Positions 46,475-55,944 of a DNA stretch of 64,000 nucleotides are shown here, piece by piece. The stretch lies in contig DAHWSH010000024.1 of the NCBI GenBank assembly GCA_027338645.1, positions 12,055 to 76,054 of the forward strand, given 5' to 3'. How positions within the stretch are numbered: position 1 is the stretch's first letter; each line of letters begins with the position of its first letter. The position numbers were made by a program, and so were the translations under genes. Origin of the DNA: Pseudomonadota bacterium. GTDB taxonomy: Bacteria; Pseudomonadota; Gammaproteobacteria; JAKAQQ01. The notes beneath the pieces are model-generated. The model was not told the DNA's origin. It saw only the letters and a program-made list of their open reading frames with translations, and did no database searches.

Positions 46475-48498
46475 CCGACGTGTCCTTGCCCTCTGAATGC
46501 GAGACGCGGGTCGCCTCTCCCACGGCTCCGCAAAACCCGGAGCGGCTATCCCGACTGGACAGAGCGATCCGGTCTGCCGTAAGAGCTCTCCTCAGTCACC
46601 AGCACCCGGATGGCCACTGGTGCTTTGAGCTCGAGGCGGACTGCACGATTCCTGCAGAATACATTCTCCTGATGCATTACGTGGGGGTCGTGGATGAACC
46701 CTTGCAGGATAAGCTTCGGGATTACCTCCGTCAGCACCAGGATCCGATCCATGACGGCTGGCCGCTCTATGCCGGCGGGGGGTTTGATCTCAGTTGTTCG
46801 GTCAAATCCTACTATGCCCTGAAACTCGCGGGTGAAGATCCGGAATCCCCAGCCATGACCCGGGCTCGAGCCGCCATCCTGAAGGCCGGAGGCGCTGCCC
46901 ATAGCAACGTCTTTACCCGTATCACGCTCTATTTTTTCCGCCAGTTGCCGCGGCGGGCCATCCCTTTCATCCCGGTCGAGATTATCCTCCTGCCGCGCTG
47001 GTTTCCCTTTCACCTGAGCAAAGTCTCTTACTGGTCACGGACCGTGATGGTGCCTCTTCTAATTCTCTGTTCGCTCAGGGCTTGCGCTGCCAACCCCCGC
47101 AAGACCGGAATCCGGGAATTGTTCGTTGTCCCGCCCGAGGAGGAACACCACTACTTCCGGGTTTCAACCCGACTGGGACGCTTTTTCTTGTGGCTCGACC
47201 GGATCGGGAGGGGACTCGAACCCTTTGTTCCCCGCTTTGTGCGTCAGCGAGCCATCGATCAAGCCTGTCGCTGGTTTTGCGAACGGCTCAATGGGGAAAG
47301 CGGGCTCGGGGCAATTTTTCCGGCAATGGTCAATGCCTACGAAGCGCTTTTGTTGCTCGGTTACGATCGGGAACATCCTCTCTGCCAAACGGCGCAAAAA
47401 GCGCTCGAACGCCTCGTCGTCGAGCGAGAGGGGCATGCCTACTGTCAGCCTTGTGTTTCGCCGGTCTGGGATACCGCGCTTGCTGTATTGGCACTGGAGG
47501 AAAGCGGGAACTGTGAGGAGGAGCCGATCCGAAAGGGTCTGGACTGGCTTCGCCGGGAGCAGGTAACCGATGTGTATGGGGATTGGGCCATTCAGCGACC
47601 GCAACTGGCACCGGGAGGCTGGGCCTTCCAGTATGCGAACCCCCATTATCCGGATCTCGACGACACCGCGGTCGTCGGATGGATCATTGATCGCTCGAAG
47701 TTTAGAATGGATTATATTGAATGCATTGAAAAATCAGCAGACTGGACAGTCGGGATGCAGAGCCGCAACGGGGGCTTTGCCTCCTTTGACGCGGACAACA
47801 CCCACTACTACCTGAACGAGATTCCCTTTGCCGACCATGGGGCGCTGCTCGATCCTCCGACCAGTGATGTGAGTGCGCATGTCTTGGGATTCCTGGGACG
47901 GCTTCGTCGGGAACAGGACCGAGAAAGTGTGGATCGTTGCTTGCGTTTCCTGCGATCCGAGCAGGAAACAACCGGAGCCTGGTTCGGCCGCTGGGGGACC
48001 AACTATCTATACGGGACGGCTCATGTCCTGATCGGCCTCGAGGAAGCCCGCATCGATATGTCGGCTGACTGGATCCAGAAGGCGGCACGGTGGTTATTTG
48101 ACCGGCAGCGCGAAGACGGTGGCTGGGGCGAGGGTAACGATACTTATTTCCATCCGGAACGGGCTGGCCGTGGTGCGAACAGCACCTCTTTTCAGACTGC
48201 ATGGGCGGTGCTGGGTCTCATGGCCGCAGGTCACGCTGCCTCGCTCTCCGTTCGGCACGGAATCGACTATCTCATGCAGACCCAGACCCGGCAAGGCACG
48301 TGGTCAGACCGGGATTTCACGGCACCCGGTTTCCCCCGCGTGTTTTACCTCAAATACCACGGCTATTCTCTCTATTTCCCGTTGTGGGCCCTATCCCGCT
48401 ACCGAATGTTGGAGACGACCCGAGAGATCCCGGGACAGGGCGCGGTGGGTTCCCTACTGGATCCATCCAGGAACTCCGGTGGTGCCGAGCCCGACTGA
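46471..48498 (+). CDS. shc: Squalene-hopene cyclase
   Basis: ELEADCTIPAEY, CQPCVSPVWDT, catalytic DLDDTA, QW repeats, GFPRVFYLKYHGY. Confidence 0.97.
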   Translation: MTDVSLPSECETRVASPTAPQNPERLSRLDRAIRSAVRALLSHQHPDGHWCFELEADCTIPAEYILLMHYVGVVDEPLQDKLRDYLRQHQDPIHDGWPLYAGGGFDLSCSVKSYYALKLAGEDPESPAMTRARAAILKAGGAAHSNVFTRITLYFFRQLPRRAIPFIPVEIILLPRWFPFHLSKVSYWSRTVMVPLLILCSLRACAANPRKTGIRELFVVPPEEEHHYFRVSTRLGRFFLWLDRIGRGLEPFVPRFVRQRAIDQACRWFCERLNGESGLGAIFPAMVNAYEALLLLGYDREHPLCQTAQKALERLVVEREGHAYCQPCVSPVWDTALAVLALEESGNCEEEPIRKGLDWLRREQVTDVYGDWAIQRPQLAPGGWAFQYANPHYPDLDDTAVVGWIIDRSKFRMDYIECIEKSADWTVGMQSRNGGFASFDADNTHYYLNEIPFADHGALLDPPTSDVSAHVLGFLGRLRREQDRESVDRCLRFLRSEQETTGAWFGRWGTNYLYGTAHVLIGLEEARIDMSADWIQKAARWLFDRQREDGGWGEGNDTYFHPERAGRGANSTSFQTAWAVLGLMAAGHAASLSVRHGIDYLMQTQTRQGTWSDRDFTAPGFPRVFYLKYHGYSLYFPLWALSRYRMLETTREIPGQGAVGSLLDPSRNSGGAEPD

Positions 48499-48991
48499 AG
48501 GGGTTTTCCGGCTGTTTGTCTATGGGACGCTCAAAAAGGGTTTCCCCAACCATGATCGGTTTTGCGCCACAACCATCCGGATCCGAATGGCATGGATCCG
48601 GGGACGATTGTTTGAAACCCCTTGGGGACACCCGGTGGTCGAGTTGCCCACCGGTGAGGTTCTCGAGCGTGGAAGCCGGGATCCCGGGTGGGACTGGGCG
48701 CGTCAGCGGGCGCTTGAAATGACGCGCGTTTCACATCAGGATCTTCGCGAGCACGAGGTTTCCTGTGAGCGGGTGCAGGGCGAACTTCTGGATTTTTTGA
48801 ATCCTGACGGCTGGCTTGAGGCGCTTGACCGCTTCGAGGAGTTCGACCCGATCGGGACATCGCGTTTCGAACGCGTGCTGGTACGAGCCTATTTGGATGA
48901 CCCACTGTCCGTTCCGGCTTGGGTTTACGTCGGTTCCACAATCCTGAACGGACACGATTTCCCCTGGGTACCGAGTGGACGATGGCAGTGA
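48482..48991 (+). CDS. Gamma-glutamylcyclotransferase (AIG2-like) family protein
   Basis: LFVYGTLKKG..NH, VQGEL, LDRFE, AWVYV; GTG start overlaps the end of shc. Confidence 0.83.
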   Translation: MPSPTEGVFRLFVYGTLKKGFPNHDRFCATTIRIRMAWIRGRLFETPWGHPVVELPTGEVLERGSRDPGWDWARQRALEMTRVSHQDLREHEVSCERVQGELLDFLNPDGWLEALDRFEEFDPIGTSRFERVLVRAYLDDPLSVPAWVYVGSTILNGHDFPWVPSGRWQ

Positions 48992-50103
48992 ATCCCCCGG
49001 ATGTGATCCCGAAGGGATCCCCTTCCTCTGGCGCACTGGGGGAAATGCGGAATTCCCTTCCTGCGAAGTTGATCCTGATCCGCAATGACCGCCTGGGCGA
49101 TTTTCTCCTGACTTGGCCCGCCCTCGCCGTTTTACGTGCCGCTTTGCCAAAAACCGATCTGGTGGCCTGGGTTCCCGCCTACACCCAACCCCTGGCCCAG
49201 ATCTGCCCTTCGATCACTTCTGTCGTGGTTGAAGAGCCACATCCCATCCGTTGGGGGCGGATCCGCCAGGCCACGGAAGCTTTTCGGAAGCTGGAGGCAA
49301 CCGATGCCTTGGCTTTTGCCACGCGGCTTCCACTGGCCTTGGCCCTCTCGCGATCCGGTATCCGGCACCGCTTCGCCCCGGCCACGAAAATCGACCAACT
49401 GTTTTACAACGAGACTCTGAAACAGCGTCGCTCCCAGTCGCTCAGGCCCGAGTGGGTCTACAACGTTGAACTCGCTTTTTTCTTGCTGGCCCGATACGGG
49501 ATCCCGCCGCAATGGCCTAAGCCACCCTATCTTTCCTTTGACCCGGTCCAGGTGGGAGAGAGACGCCGTCGCTTTTTCGAGTCTTCAGGAATCGGGGATC
49601 AGGACCATGTGGTTTTCCTGCATCCGGGACACGGCGGTTCAGCCCCCAATTGGAGGCCCGAAGACTATGGTTATCTGGCCCGCCGATTGCTCGAGGATCC
49701 GCGCATCCAGTTGGTCGTGACGGCCGGGGCCGGAGAGGAGGAGGCCGCTCGCCGGGTGGTGGAGGCCGCTGGCGTTCCGAGACGGACTCACTGCTATTAC
49801 TCCCGGGAAGGCCTCGTTTCTTTTGCCGAGCACATTGCCTTTGCCGATCTCTGGATCAGTGGGTCGACTGGCCCACTGCATCTTGCCGGGGCACTCAACC
49901 GACCCACCTTGGCTTTTTACCCCACCCACCGCTCCGGTCACTCGTTGCGCTGGCAGACCATCAACGAGGATTCCCGACGATGGGCGCTGGACCTTGCAGA
50001 GCCCGCTCAGGCTCGCGCCCGTCTCGATCAGGCTGTCAAGCAGATCCGATCGCTTGATCTTGCGCATTTCGCCGCTGCCTCACCCAGAGGTTGGCATACT
50101 TGA
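48982..50103 (+). CDS. GT9 glycosyltransferase (LPS heptosyltransferase-like)
   Basis: IRNDRLGDFLL, LHPGHGGSAPNW, ISGSTGPLHLAGAL. Confidence 0.9.
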   Translation: MAVNPPDVIPKGSPSSGALGEMRNSLPAKLILIRNDRLGDFLLTWPALAVLRAALPKTDLVAWVPAYTQPLAQICPSITSVVVEEPHPIRWGRIRQATEAFRKLEATDALAFATRLPLALALSRSGIRHRFAPATKIDQLFYNETLKQRRSQSLRPEWVYNVELAFFLLARYGIPPQWPKPPYLSFDPVQVGERRRRFFESSGIGDQDHVVFLHPGHGGSAPNWRPEDYGYLARRLLEDPRIQLVVTAGAGEEEAARRVVEAAGVPRRTHCYYSREGLVSFAEHIAFADLWISGSTGPLHLAGALNRPTLAFYPTHRSGHSLRWQTINEDSRRWALDLAEPAQARARLDQAVKQIRSLDLAHFAAASPRGWHT

Positions 50104-50830
50104 CGAAGGTCGAATGCGTCGACAACAGAGCCAGCAGCCAGCCTTCTGCCCCATCCCGGAACCCGCCCCGTAGAACGTACATCCGAAACCCGCAACCGGC
50201 TGCGTGCCACAATCCCTGAGCCAAGGAAACCCGTATGCCCTGGCGCTCCTTTTCAATCGCCCATTCCCGGGCATAGCGTGCGGATTTGACCAGATACTGG
50301 TCGACACTCGTGTAACTGTAGTGGAGGAGGGGTCCTGTCAGGCGGCCCACCCGGATCCCTGGTCGGGGTAGCAGTTTTTCGTGAACCCGTGCCTTGTCGT
50401 AACACCCCGCATCACGGGCGTATAGTCGGGCGACCCAATCAGGGGACCACCCCCCATGATGGATAAACCGGCCAAAAACGGAAGTCAGTCGGGAAATTTC
50501 ATAGACACGAGGGGATCCTTCCTGCCCTGAGGCCTCGACTGCCTGACGGATTTCGTCTCCCAACTGAGGACTGACCCGCTCGTCCGCGTCCACCATCAAT
50601 AACCAGTCGCCCAGCGCCAGATCCTGGGCACGCTGGCGCTGGATGCCAAATCCCTGCCAGTCGGGCGCAACGATGACGCGTGCCCCCATCTGCTCGGCCA
50701 GCGAGACCGTCTCATCCTCACTGTTCGCATCGAGGACCAATCTTTCGTCGGCAAAATTCAAAGTCGCAAGGCAATCTCCGATATGGGCAGCCTCGTTGTG
50801 CGCAATCACGATTGCAGTGAGCGTGGGCAC
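50036..50830 (-). CDS. GT2 LPS glucosyltransferase (WaaE/KdtX-like)
   Basis: IAHNEA, WQGFGIQRQ, VDADERV, VHE, LLHYSY, GFRDG. Confidence 0.9.
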   Translation of the reverse strand: MPTLTAIVIAHNEAAHIGDCLATLNFADERLVLDANSEDETVSLAEQMGARVIVAPDWQGFGIQRQRAQDLALGDWLLMVDADERVSPQLGDEIRQAVEASGQEGSPRVYEISRLTSVFGRFIHHGGWSPDWVARLYARDAGCYDKARVHEKLLPRPGIRVGRLTGPLLHYSYTSVDQYLVKSARYAREWAIEKERQGIRVSLAQGLWHAAGCGFRMYVLRGGFRDGAEGWLLALLSTHSTFVKYANLWVRQRRNAQDQAIGSA

Positions 50831-50938
50831 GGTTTCTCATCATTGAACGGCTTGGGTAAGGATACAATACCCGAGTGAATCCCGGACCTGATCCGAAGTT
50901 TCGGTCGGAGAGCAGGTTTCGAATCGCGAGAGGGGTCG

Positions 50939-51274
50939 GTGAAAGATCGGTTTTTCAGGATTTATACCTTGCGGTCCAGTGAGATCGGCCGTCGGACTCC
51001 GCATCCTGGATCCGTGGTTCGGATCCTGGTGGGGCTTGTTCTGCTCACGGTTTTCCTGTTTTTGATGCTTGCACTTGGGTGGATTGTCCTCCTGGCTGGA
51101 ATCCTCTTTGGCCTCCCCTGGATGTTCCGCGCCTGGTGGTCCGCGAAGCGGGGTGCGGGTCAACCGGAATCCCGGGACGCGCCCTGGATCGAGGGTCAAT
51201 GGAAATCCTTGGATCTTCCGGCAAGCCTTTCCCACCGAGACCCACCTCCCGATGGGAAGGACGTCCCGCCGTAG
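50939..51274 (+). CDS. Small hypothetical membrane protein
   Basis: Two hydrophobic helices followed by a C-terminal IEGQW motif. Confidence 0.6.
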   Translation: MKDRFFRIYTLRSSEIGRRTPHPGSVVRILVGLVLLTVFLFLMLALGWIVLLAGILFGLPWMFRAWWSAKRGAGQPESRDAPWIEGQWKSLDLPASLSHRDPPPDGKDVPP

Positions 51275-51325
51275 TTTTCCCGAGCCTTCGACCGTCTCTG
51301 GATCGCTCTTTACCCGGGAGTGATT

Positions 51326-51634
51326 TCAGAGCTCGATCTCGACCTGCCCTTCACGGATCCGGACCGGGTAAGTGCGGATCGGTTCGTAGGCGGGTGGCGC
51401 CAGCGCAGCTCCGGTTTTGAGGTTGAAACAAGCCCCATGGCGGGGACAGATCACGGTGGTCCCTTCAACCGGCCCTCCAGCCAGTTCACCCCCGTCATGA
51501 GTGCAGATGTTTTCCACGGCAAAAGCCTCACCTTCTGTCCAGAAAACTGCGATGGATGTGCTGGGTAGCTCCAGCACAAAAAGACCTTCTTTCTTGAGTT
51601 CGTCAAATGGACACAAGGTGATCCATGAGGCCAT
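51326..51634 (-). CDS. Rieske [2Fe-2S] ferredoxin (suf-associated)
   Basis: CTH...CPRH Rieske ligands; FNLKTG; RTYPV. Confidence 0.93.
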   Translation of the reverse strand: MASWITLCPFDELKKEGLFVLELPSTSIAVFWTEGEAFAVENICTHDGGELAGGPVEGTTVICPRHGACFNLKTGAALAPPAYEPIRTYPVRIREGQVEIEL

Positions 51635-51639
51635 GGCGG

Positions 51640-52185
51640 TCAGAACAATCCGGTCTCAAGGCGGGCTGCATCGCTCATCAAACTCGAGTTCCACGGAGGG
51701 TCGAAGATCAGCTCAACGTCCACGGATTCGACGGCCGGAATCTCGAGTAGCTGTTCGCGTACATCGTGGGTGAGCATGCCGCCCATCCCACAGCCTGGAG
51801 CGGTCAGGGTCATGCGGATCCGGACCCGGTAGCGCCCTCTTTCTAGATCCTCAAGTTTACACTCATAAATAAGTCCTAAATCAACGATATTAATCGGGAT
51901 TTCTGGGTCATAACATTGGCTTAACTGTTTCCAGACCAAAGCTTCGACCTCCTCCCTGCTGATCCCCTCCGGGATCACGAGCGGCTCCGGGGTGGGGAGA
52001 CCCAGGACATCGGCGTCTTTGCCTGCGACACGGACCAGGTTGCCACCCAAATAGACGGTAAACGATTGACCGAGGGCCTGGGTCAAGGTTCCTTCCGTTC
52101 CTTCCGGAACGACCACCGGAGTTCCTGCAGGAATGAGAGTGGCCTCGCAGGCTCGCTTGAAACGAACGGGATCTGACTTACGCAT
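51640..52185 (-). CDS. sufT: Fe-S assembly protein SufT (DUF59, long form)
   Basis: TQALGQSFTV, YDPEIPINIVDLGLIY, MTLTAPGCGMG, FDPPW. Confidence 0.92.
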   Translation of the reverse strand: MRKSDPVRFKRACEATLIPAGTPVVVPEGTEGTLTQALGQSFTVYLGGNLVRVAGKDADVLGLPTPEPLVIPEGISREEVEALVWKQLSQCYDPEIPINIVDLGLIYECKLEDLERGRYRVRIRMTLTAPGCGMGGMLTHDVREQLLEIPAVESVDVELIFDPPWNSSLMSDAARLETGLF

Positions 52186-52648
52186 GAGGGGCGTGTTCTG
52201 TGGTCACGGGCAGGCCGCTTTGTTTCAGAGCCGCCTGCAGGGTATGCCAGCCAAGGGTCGCACATTTGACCCGGGTGGGGTACTGCCGGACCCCGCTTAA
52301 GGCCGCGAGCTTTCCCAGGTCGAATCCTGGCGGAGGAAGGGTATCGGGCGGCTGGGTCAGAAAATGGCGCAGGGATTCAAAAAACGAGAGTGCCTCTTCC
52401 CGTGTTTTTCCCTTGAGAGATTCGGTCATGAGGGAAGCGGAGGCGGTCGAGATGGCACACCCCGCGCCCTCGAACGTGATCTCCCGGATACGGTTGCCCA
52501 CGACCTCGACATACACATGGATCTTGTCGCCACACAGCGGGTTGAAACCCTGGGCCTCATGGGTTACGTGTTCCAGCTTGCCGAAGTTGCGGGGGCTTCG
52601 ATTGTGATCCAGGATGATTTCCTGGTATAAAGACAAAAGACTGCTCAT
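52178..52648 (-). CDS. sufU: SufU sulfur-transfer/scaffold protein
   Basis: LYQEIILDH, NPLCGD, GCAISTASAS, RVKCATL. Confidence 0.93.
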   Translation of the reverse strand: MSSLLSLYQEIILDHNRSPRNFGKLEHVTHEAQGFNPLCGDKIHVYVEVVGNRIREITFEGAGCAISTASASLMTESLKGKTREEALSFFESLRHFLTQPPDTLPPPGFDLGKLAALSGVRQYPTRVKCATLGWHTLQAALKQSGLPVTTEHAPHA

Positions 52649-53907
52649 CGGCCAAACAACTCACTTGCCTTTTCCAGAGCGTCAATCATGATGTCCACCT
52701 CGTTTTCAGTATTGTAAAACGCGAAAGAAGCACGGACGGTTGCCGGCACCCGGTAATGTTCCATGAGCGGCATGGCGCAATGATGCCCGGCACGGACGGC
52801 AACGCCCTCTTGATCCAGCACCGTCCCGATATCATGCGGGTGGATTCCATCCAGAACGAAAGAGACAATGGCCGCTCGCTCTCGAGGTTCTCCGATCAGG
52901 TGAATGCGGGGAATCTCGCGCAGTCGCCGCAGCGCATGGTCGGCCACCCGGTTTTCCTGGTTCTGAATGTCTGCGTATCCAACCGACTCCAGGTACCGGA
53001 TGGCTTCAGCGATTCCGATCGCCTGTGCGATCGGTGGCGTGCCCGCCTCGAAGCGTTGTGGTGGAGCCGCGTACTGGGTTTTCTCAAAAGTCACGGAGGT
53101 GATCATGTCGCCGCCGCCCTGCCAGGGTGGCAGACGCTCCAACCAGGAGAATTTTCCATAGAGCACACCAATCCCGGTCGGTCCATACAGCTTGTGGCCG
53201 GAAAAAACATAGAAATCGCAATCGAGCGCAGTCACGTCGACCGGGATGTGGGGAATCGCCTGGGCTCCATCGATCAGGACCACGGCGCCCCGCTCATGCG
53301 CCAAATGAATCCAGGGCACAAGGTTATTAACCGTCCCCAGCGCATTCGAGACGTGGGCCAAGGCCAGGATTCGGGTTTTGGGGCCAAAGAGCCGGATCCC
53401 GGCCTCGATATCGAGATCGCCGTTCTCCAGAATGGGAATCACCCGGAGGAGGGCTCCGGTCCGTTCGCAGAGCAGCTGCCACGGCACGATGTTGGAGTGG
53501 TGTTCCAACTCAGACAGGATGATTTCGTCGCCAGGTTGGATCAGTACCTGGCCCAAGACCTGGGCGATGAGATTGATGGACTCCGTGGTTCCCCGGGTAA
53601 AGATGATTTCGGATGGGGTTTCGGCATGAAGGAAGCGGGCCACGGTTTTCCGGGACTCTTCATACAGCGTGGTGGAAAGTTCGCTCAGGAAATGAACCCC
53701 CCGGTGAACATTGGCATTTTGTTTCTCAAAATACTCGCTCATCACGCGAATGACCGGGCGAGGTTTCTGTGTGGTTGCGGCGTTATCGAAGTAGACGAGG
53801 GGTTTGCCGTGGACCTGTTCCTGCAAGACAGGGAAGTCATCCCGAAGGGCCCGTATTCGATCCGTCAGGGAACTCCGATCCGTTCCAGTGGAGAGGGGAG
53901 TGGACAT
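52645..53907 (-). CDS. sufS: Cysteine desulfurase SufS
   Basis: YFDNAATTQKP, EHHSNIVPW, SGHKLYGP, RAGHHCA. Confidence 0.96.
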   Translation of the reverse strand: MSTPLSTGTDRSSLTDRIRALRDDFPVLQEQVHGKPLVYFDNAATTQKPRPVIRVMSEYFEKQNANVHRGVHFLSELSTTLYEESRKTVARFLHAETPSEIIFTRGTTESINLIAQVLGQVLIQPGDEIILSELEHHSNIVPWQLLCERTGALLRVIPILENGDLDIEAGIRLFGPKTRILALAHVSNALGTVNNLVPWIHLAHERGAVVLIDGAQAIPHIPVDVTALDCDFYVFSGHKLYGPTGIGVLYGKFSWLERLPPWQGGGDMITSVTFEKTQYAAPPQRFEAGTPPIAQAIGIAEAIRYLESVGYADIQNQENRVADHALRRLREIPRIHLIGEPRERAAIVSFVLDGIHPHDIGTVLDQEGVAVRAGHHCAMPLMEHYRVPATVRASFAFYNTENEVDIMIDALEKASELFGR

Positions 53908-53914
53908 AGGCTGA

Positions 53915-55189
53915 TCACTCCATTCCGGGCAGAATCCGGCGGACGGCCTGCTGCCAGGAAGTTTTCAGGCTGTCATTAGGAAGTCGCTCCAGAAAACCTC
54001 CGGCAAAAGCCAGCGTCAGGAGATGGCGGGCTTGTGTTTCATCGAGACCCCGCGCACGAAGGTAAAAGAGGGATTCGGGATCGAGTGCGCCACTCGTTGA
54101 ACCATGCGAGCAACGAACGTCATCCACGGCAATTTCGAGTGACGGCCGGCTGCGTGACTGGGCGGTTGGATCGAGCAACAGGTGATGGTTTTTTTGGGTG
54201 GCATTGCAGCCCGAAGCGCCGGGTTTCATTAGGACCTGGCCCCCATAAATGCTCATGCCACGGCCTGCCACGATTGAATGAAAGCATTGCTGGCTCGATG
54301 TCCCCGGACAGGCGTGAACGATCCAGGTTTGGCGGTCATGATGTTCTCCCCGACCGGCGAGCGTCAGACCGTCGAGTTGGGCTTCGCTTCCCGGTTCAGC
54401 GAGCAGGAGGTGGTGCTCGTGACGCAGGAGTGCAGCGGAGGCATCAAAGGTGTATCCCCGGTAATGGCTGCCGCCCTCGAGTCGGATCGCCGTCAGGCCG
54501 AAAGCCTGGGTATTGCCGTCTCCGGTCTGTTCCAGGTAATGCGTGAGCGCTGCATCTCGGCCAAGCAGGATTTCGGTCACAGCATTGATCCGATGGGATC
54601 GTGACACGGGCCGCGCTGACTCCGGCGGGGACTCGAGCCCCCACCGGTGACGTTCGATCACGGAGGCCTGGGCCCCCTTGCCGAGATGGATCAGTATGCG
54701 GGGAAAAAGGTACCGTGGCCCCGTCTCCAGGCGCCAGGTGGAATCGTTCGGGCTTTGGATACCCAGAAGGATTTCGATGGGTTCGTCGACGACGACCCCA
54801 TCGGGGACGTCAACCAGGATGCCATCCTCGAAGGCCTTCGTATTCCAATCACTGAGCGCTCGTCCGGATGCGAGGGCCACTTGACCCAGCCACGGGATCA
54901 AGCGATCAGGGGCTTCTTCGAAAGCCTGCCGGAATGATAGAGCCAACCAGTCGAGCTCATCTCCGTGACGGACAGATCGTTGCTTCGGACGCTGAATGAT
55001 GGGGCGCGGTGATGCCGGCGGGGTATCTCCCGACCACTCAAATGGACCGATGCGGGTGTACTTCCAGGACTCGTCTCGTTTTGCTTGGGGAAGCCGGGTG
55101 GTGGCCCGGAGACGGGAGCGCCATTCATCCCAGGATCGCCCATGTTCGGCGACCTGGAGTGTCCATGCGGGATCTTCGGATACCCTCAT
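53915..55189 (-). CDS. sufD: Fe-S assembly protein SufD
   Basis: ESWKYT, PSLEIAVDDVRCSHG, LFYLRARG; between sufC and sufS. Confidence 0.9.
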   Translation of the reverse strand: MRVSEDPAWTLQVAEHGRSWDEWRSRLRATTRLPQAKRDESWKYTRIGPFEWSGDTPPASPRPIIQRPKQRSVRHGDELDWLALSFRQAFEEAPDRLIPWLGQVALASGRALSDWNTKAFEDGILVDVPDGVVVDEPIEILLGIQSPNDSTWRLETGPRYLFPRILIHLGKGAQASVIERHRWGLESPPESARPVSRSHRINAVTEILLGRDAALTHYLEQTGDGNTQAFGLTAIRLEGGSHYRGYTFDASAALLRHEHHLLLAEPGSEAQLDGLTLAGRGEHHDRQTWIVHACPGTSSQQCFHSIVAGRGMSIYGGQVLMKPGASGCNATQKNHHLLLDPTAQSRSRPSLEIAVDDVRCSHGSTSGALDPESLFYLRARGLDETQARHLLTLAFAGGFLERLPNDSLKTSWQQAVRRILPGME

Positions 55190-55944
55190 GCGCGTTGCTC
55201 CTGAAGTAACCAGTCATAACCCCGTTTTTCAAGCATCCGGGCGAGATCGGCATCACCCGATTGGACGATTTGGCCATTGGCGAGGACATGGATCCGGTCC
55301 GGGCGAAGGTGATCCAGCAGACGCTGGTAGTGCGTCACCAGGAGAAACGAGCGGTGAGCATCACGCATCGATTCGATCCCTTGGGCCACTGTCCGGAGCG
55401 CATCGATGTCTAGTCCTGAATCGGTCTCATCCAGGAGCGCCAGACGAGGTTCCAGAAGTCGCAGCTGCAGGATCTCATTACGCTTCTTCTCGCCGCCCGA
55501 GAACCCTTGATTGACGGCGCGCTCGAGAAGTTCGGGCTTCATGCCCATCTGCTCGAGTTCGGCGCGGGATCGCGACAGAAAATCCAGGGCATCCCATTCG
55601 GGCAGCCCTCGTGTTTTTCGGACCGCGTTGACGATGGTCCTCAGAAAAAGCGCGTTGCCGAGGCCCGGAATTTCAACCGGGTACTGGAAGGCCAAAAAAA
55701 GTCCCCGGTGTGCGCGCTCTTCCGGCTTGAGTCCAAGTAGGTTTTCACCTGCAAAGCGGACCTGACCTTGCTGAACCGTGTAGGCCTCGGATCCCGCGAG
55801 CGTCTGGACCAGAGTGCTTTTCCCGGAACCGTTGGGCCCCATGATGACATGCATTTCACCGGATGGAACTTCCAGATCGATGCCTCGGAGAATGGGTCGG
55901 TCCCCGACCGACACATGAAGATTCGCAATTTCTAGAAGGTTCAT
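55186..55944 (-). CDS. sufC: Fe-S assembly ATPase SufC
   Basis: [39 protein letters not shown]. Confidence 0.96.
   Translation of the reverse strand: MNLLEIANLHVSVGDRPILRGIDLEVPSGEMHVIMGPNGSGKSTLVQTLAGSEAYTVQQGQVRFAGENLLGLKPEERAHRGLFLAFQYPVEIPGLGNALFLRTIVNAVRKTRGLPEWDALDFLSRSRAELEQMGMKPELLERAVNQGFSGGEKKRNEILQLRLLEPRLALLDETDSGLDIDALRTVAQGIESMRDAHRSFLLVTHYQRLLDHLRPDRIHVLANGQIVQSGDADLARMLEKRGYDWLLQEQRA

Noticed and set aside
50036-50103. Convergent 3' overlaps (GT9/GT2, 68 bp; dcd/DUF3108, 31 bp)
   Set aside because: Common in compact GC-rich genomes through stop-codon drift.
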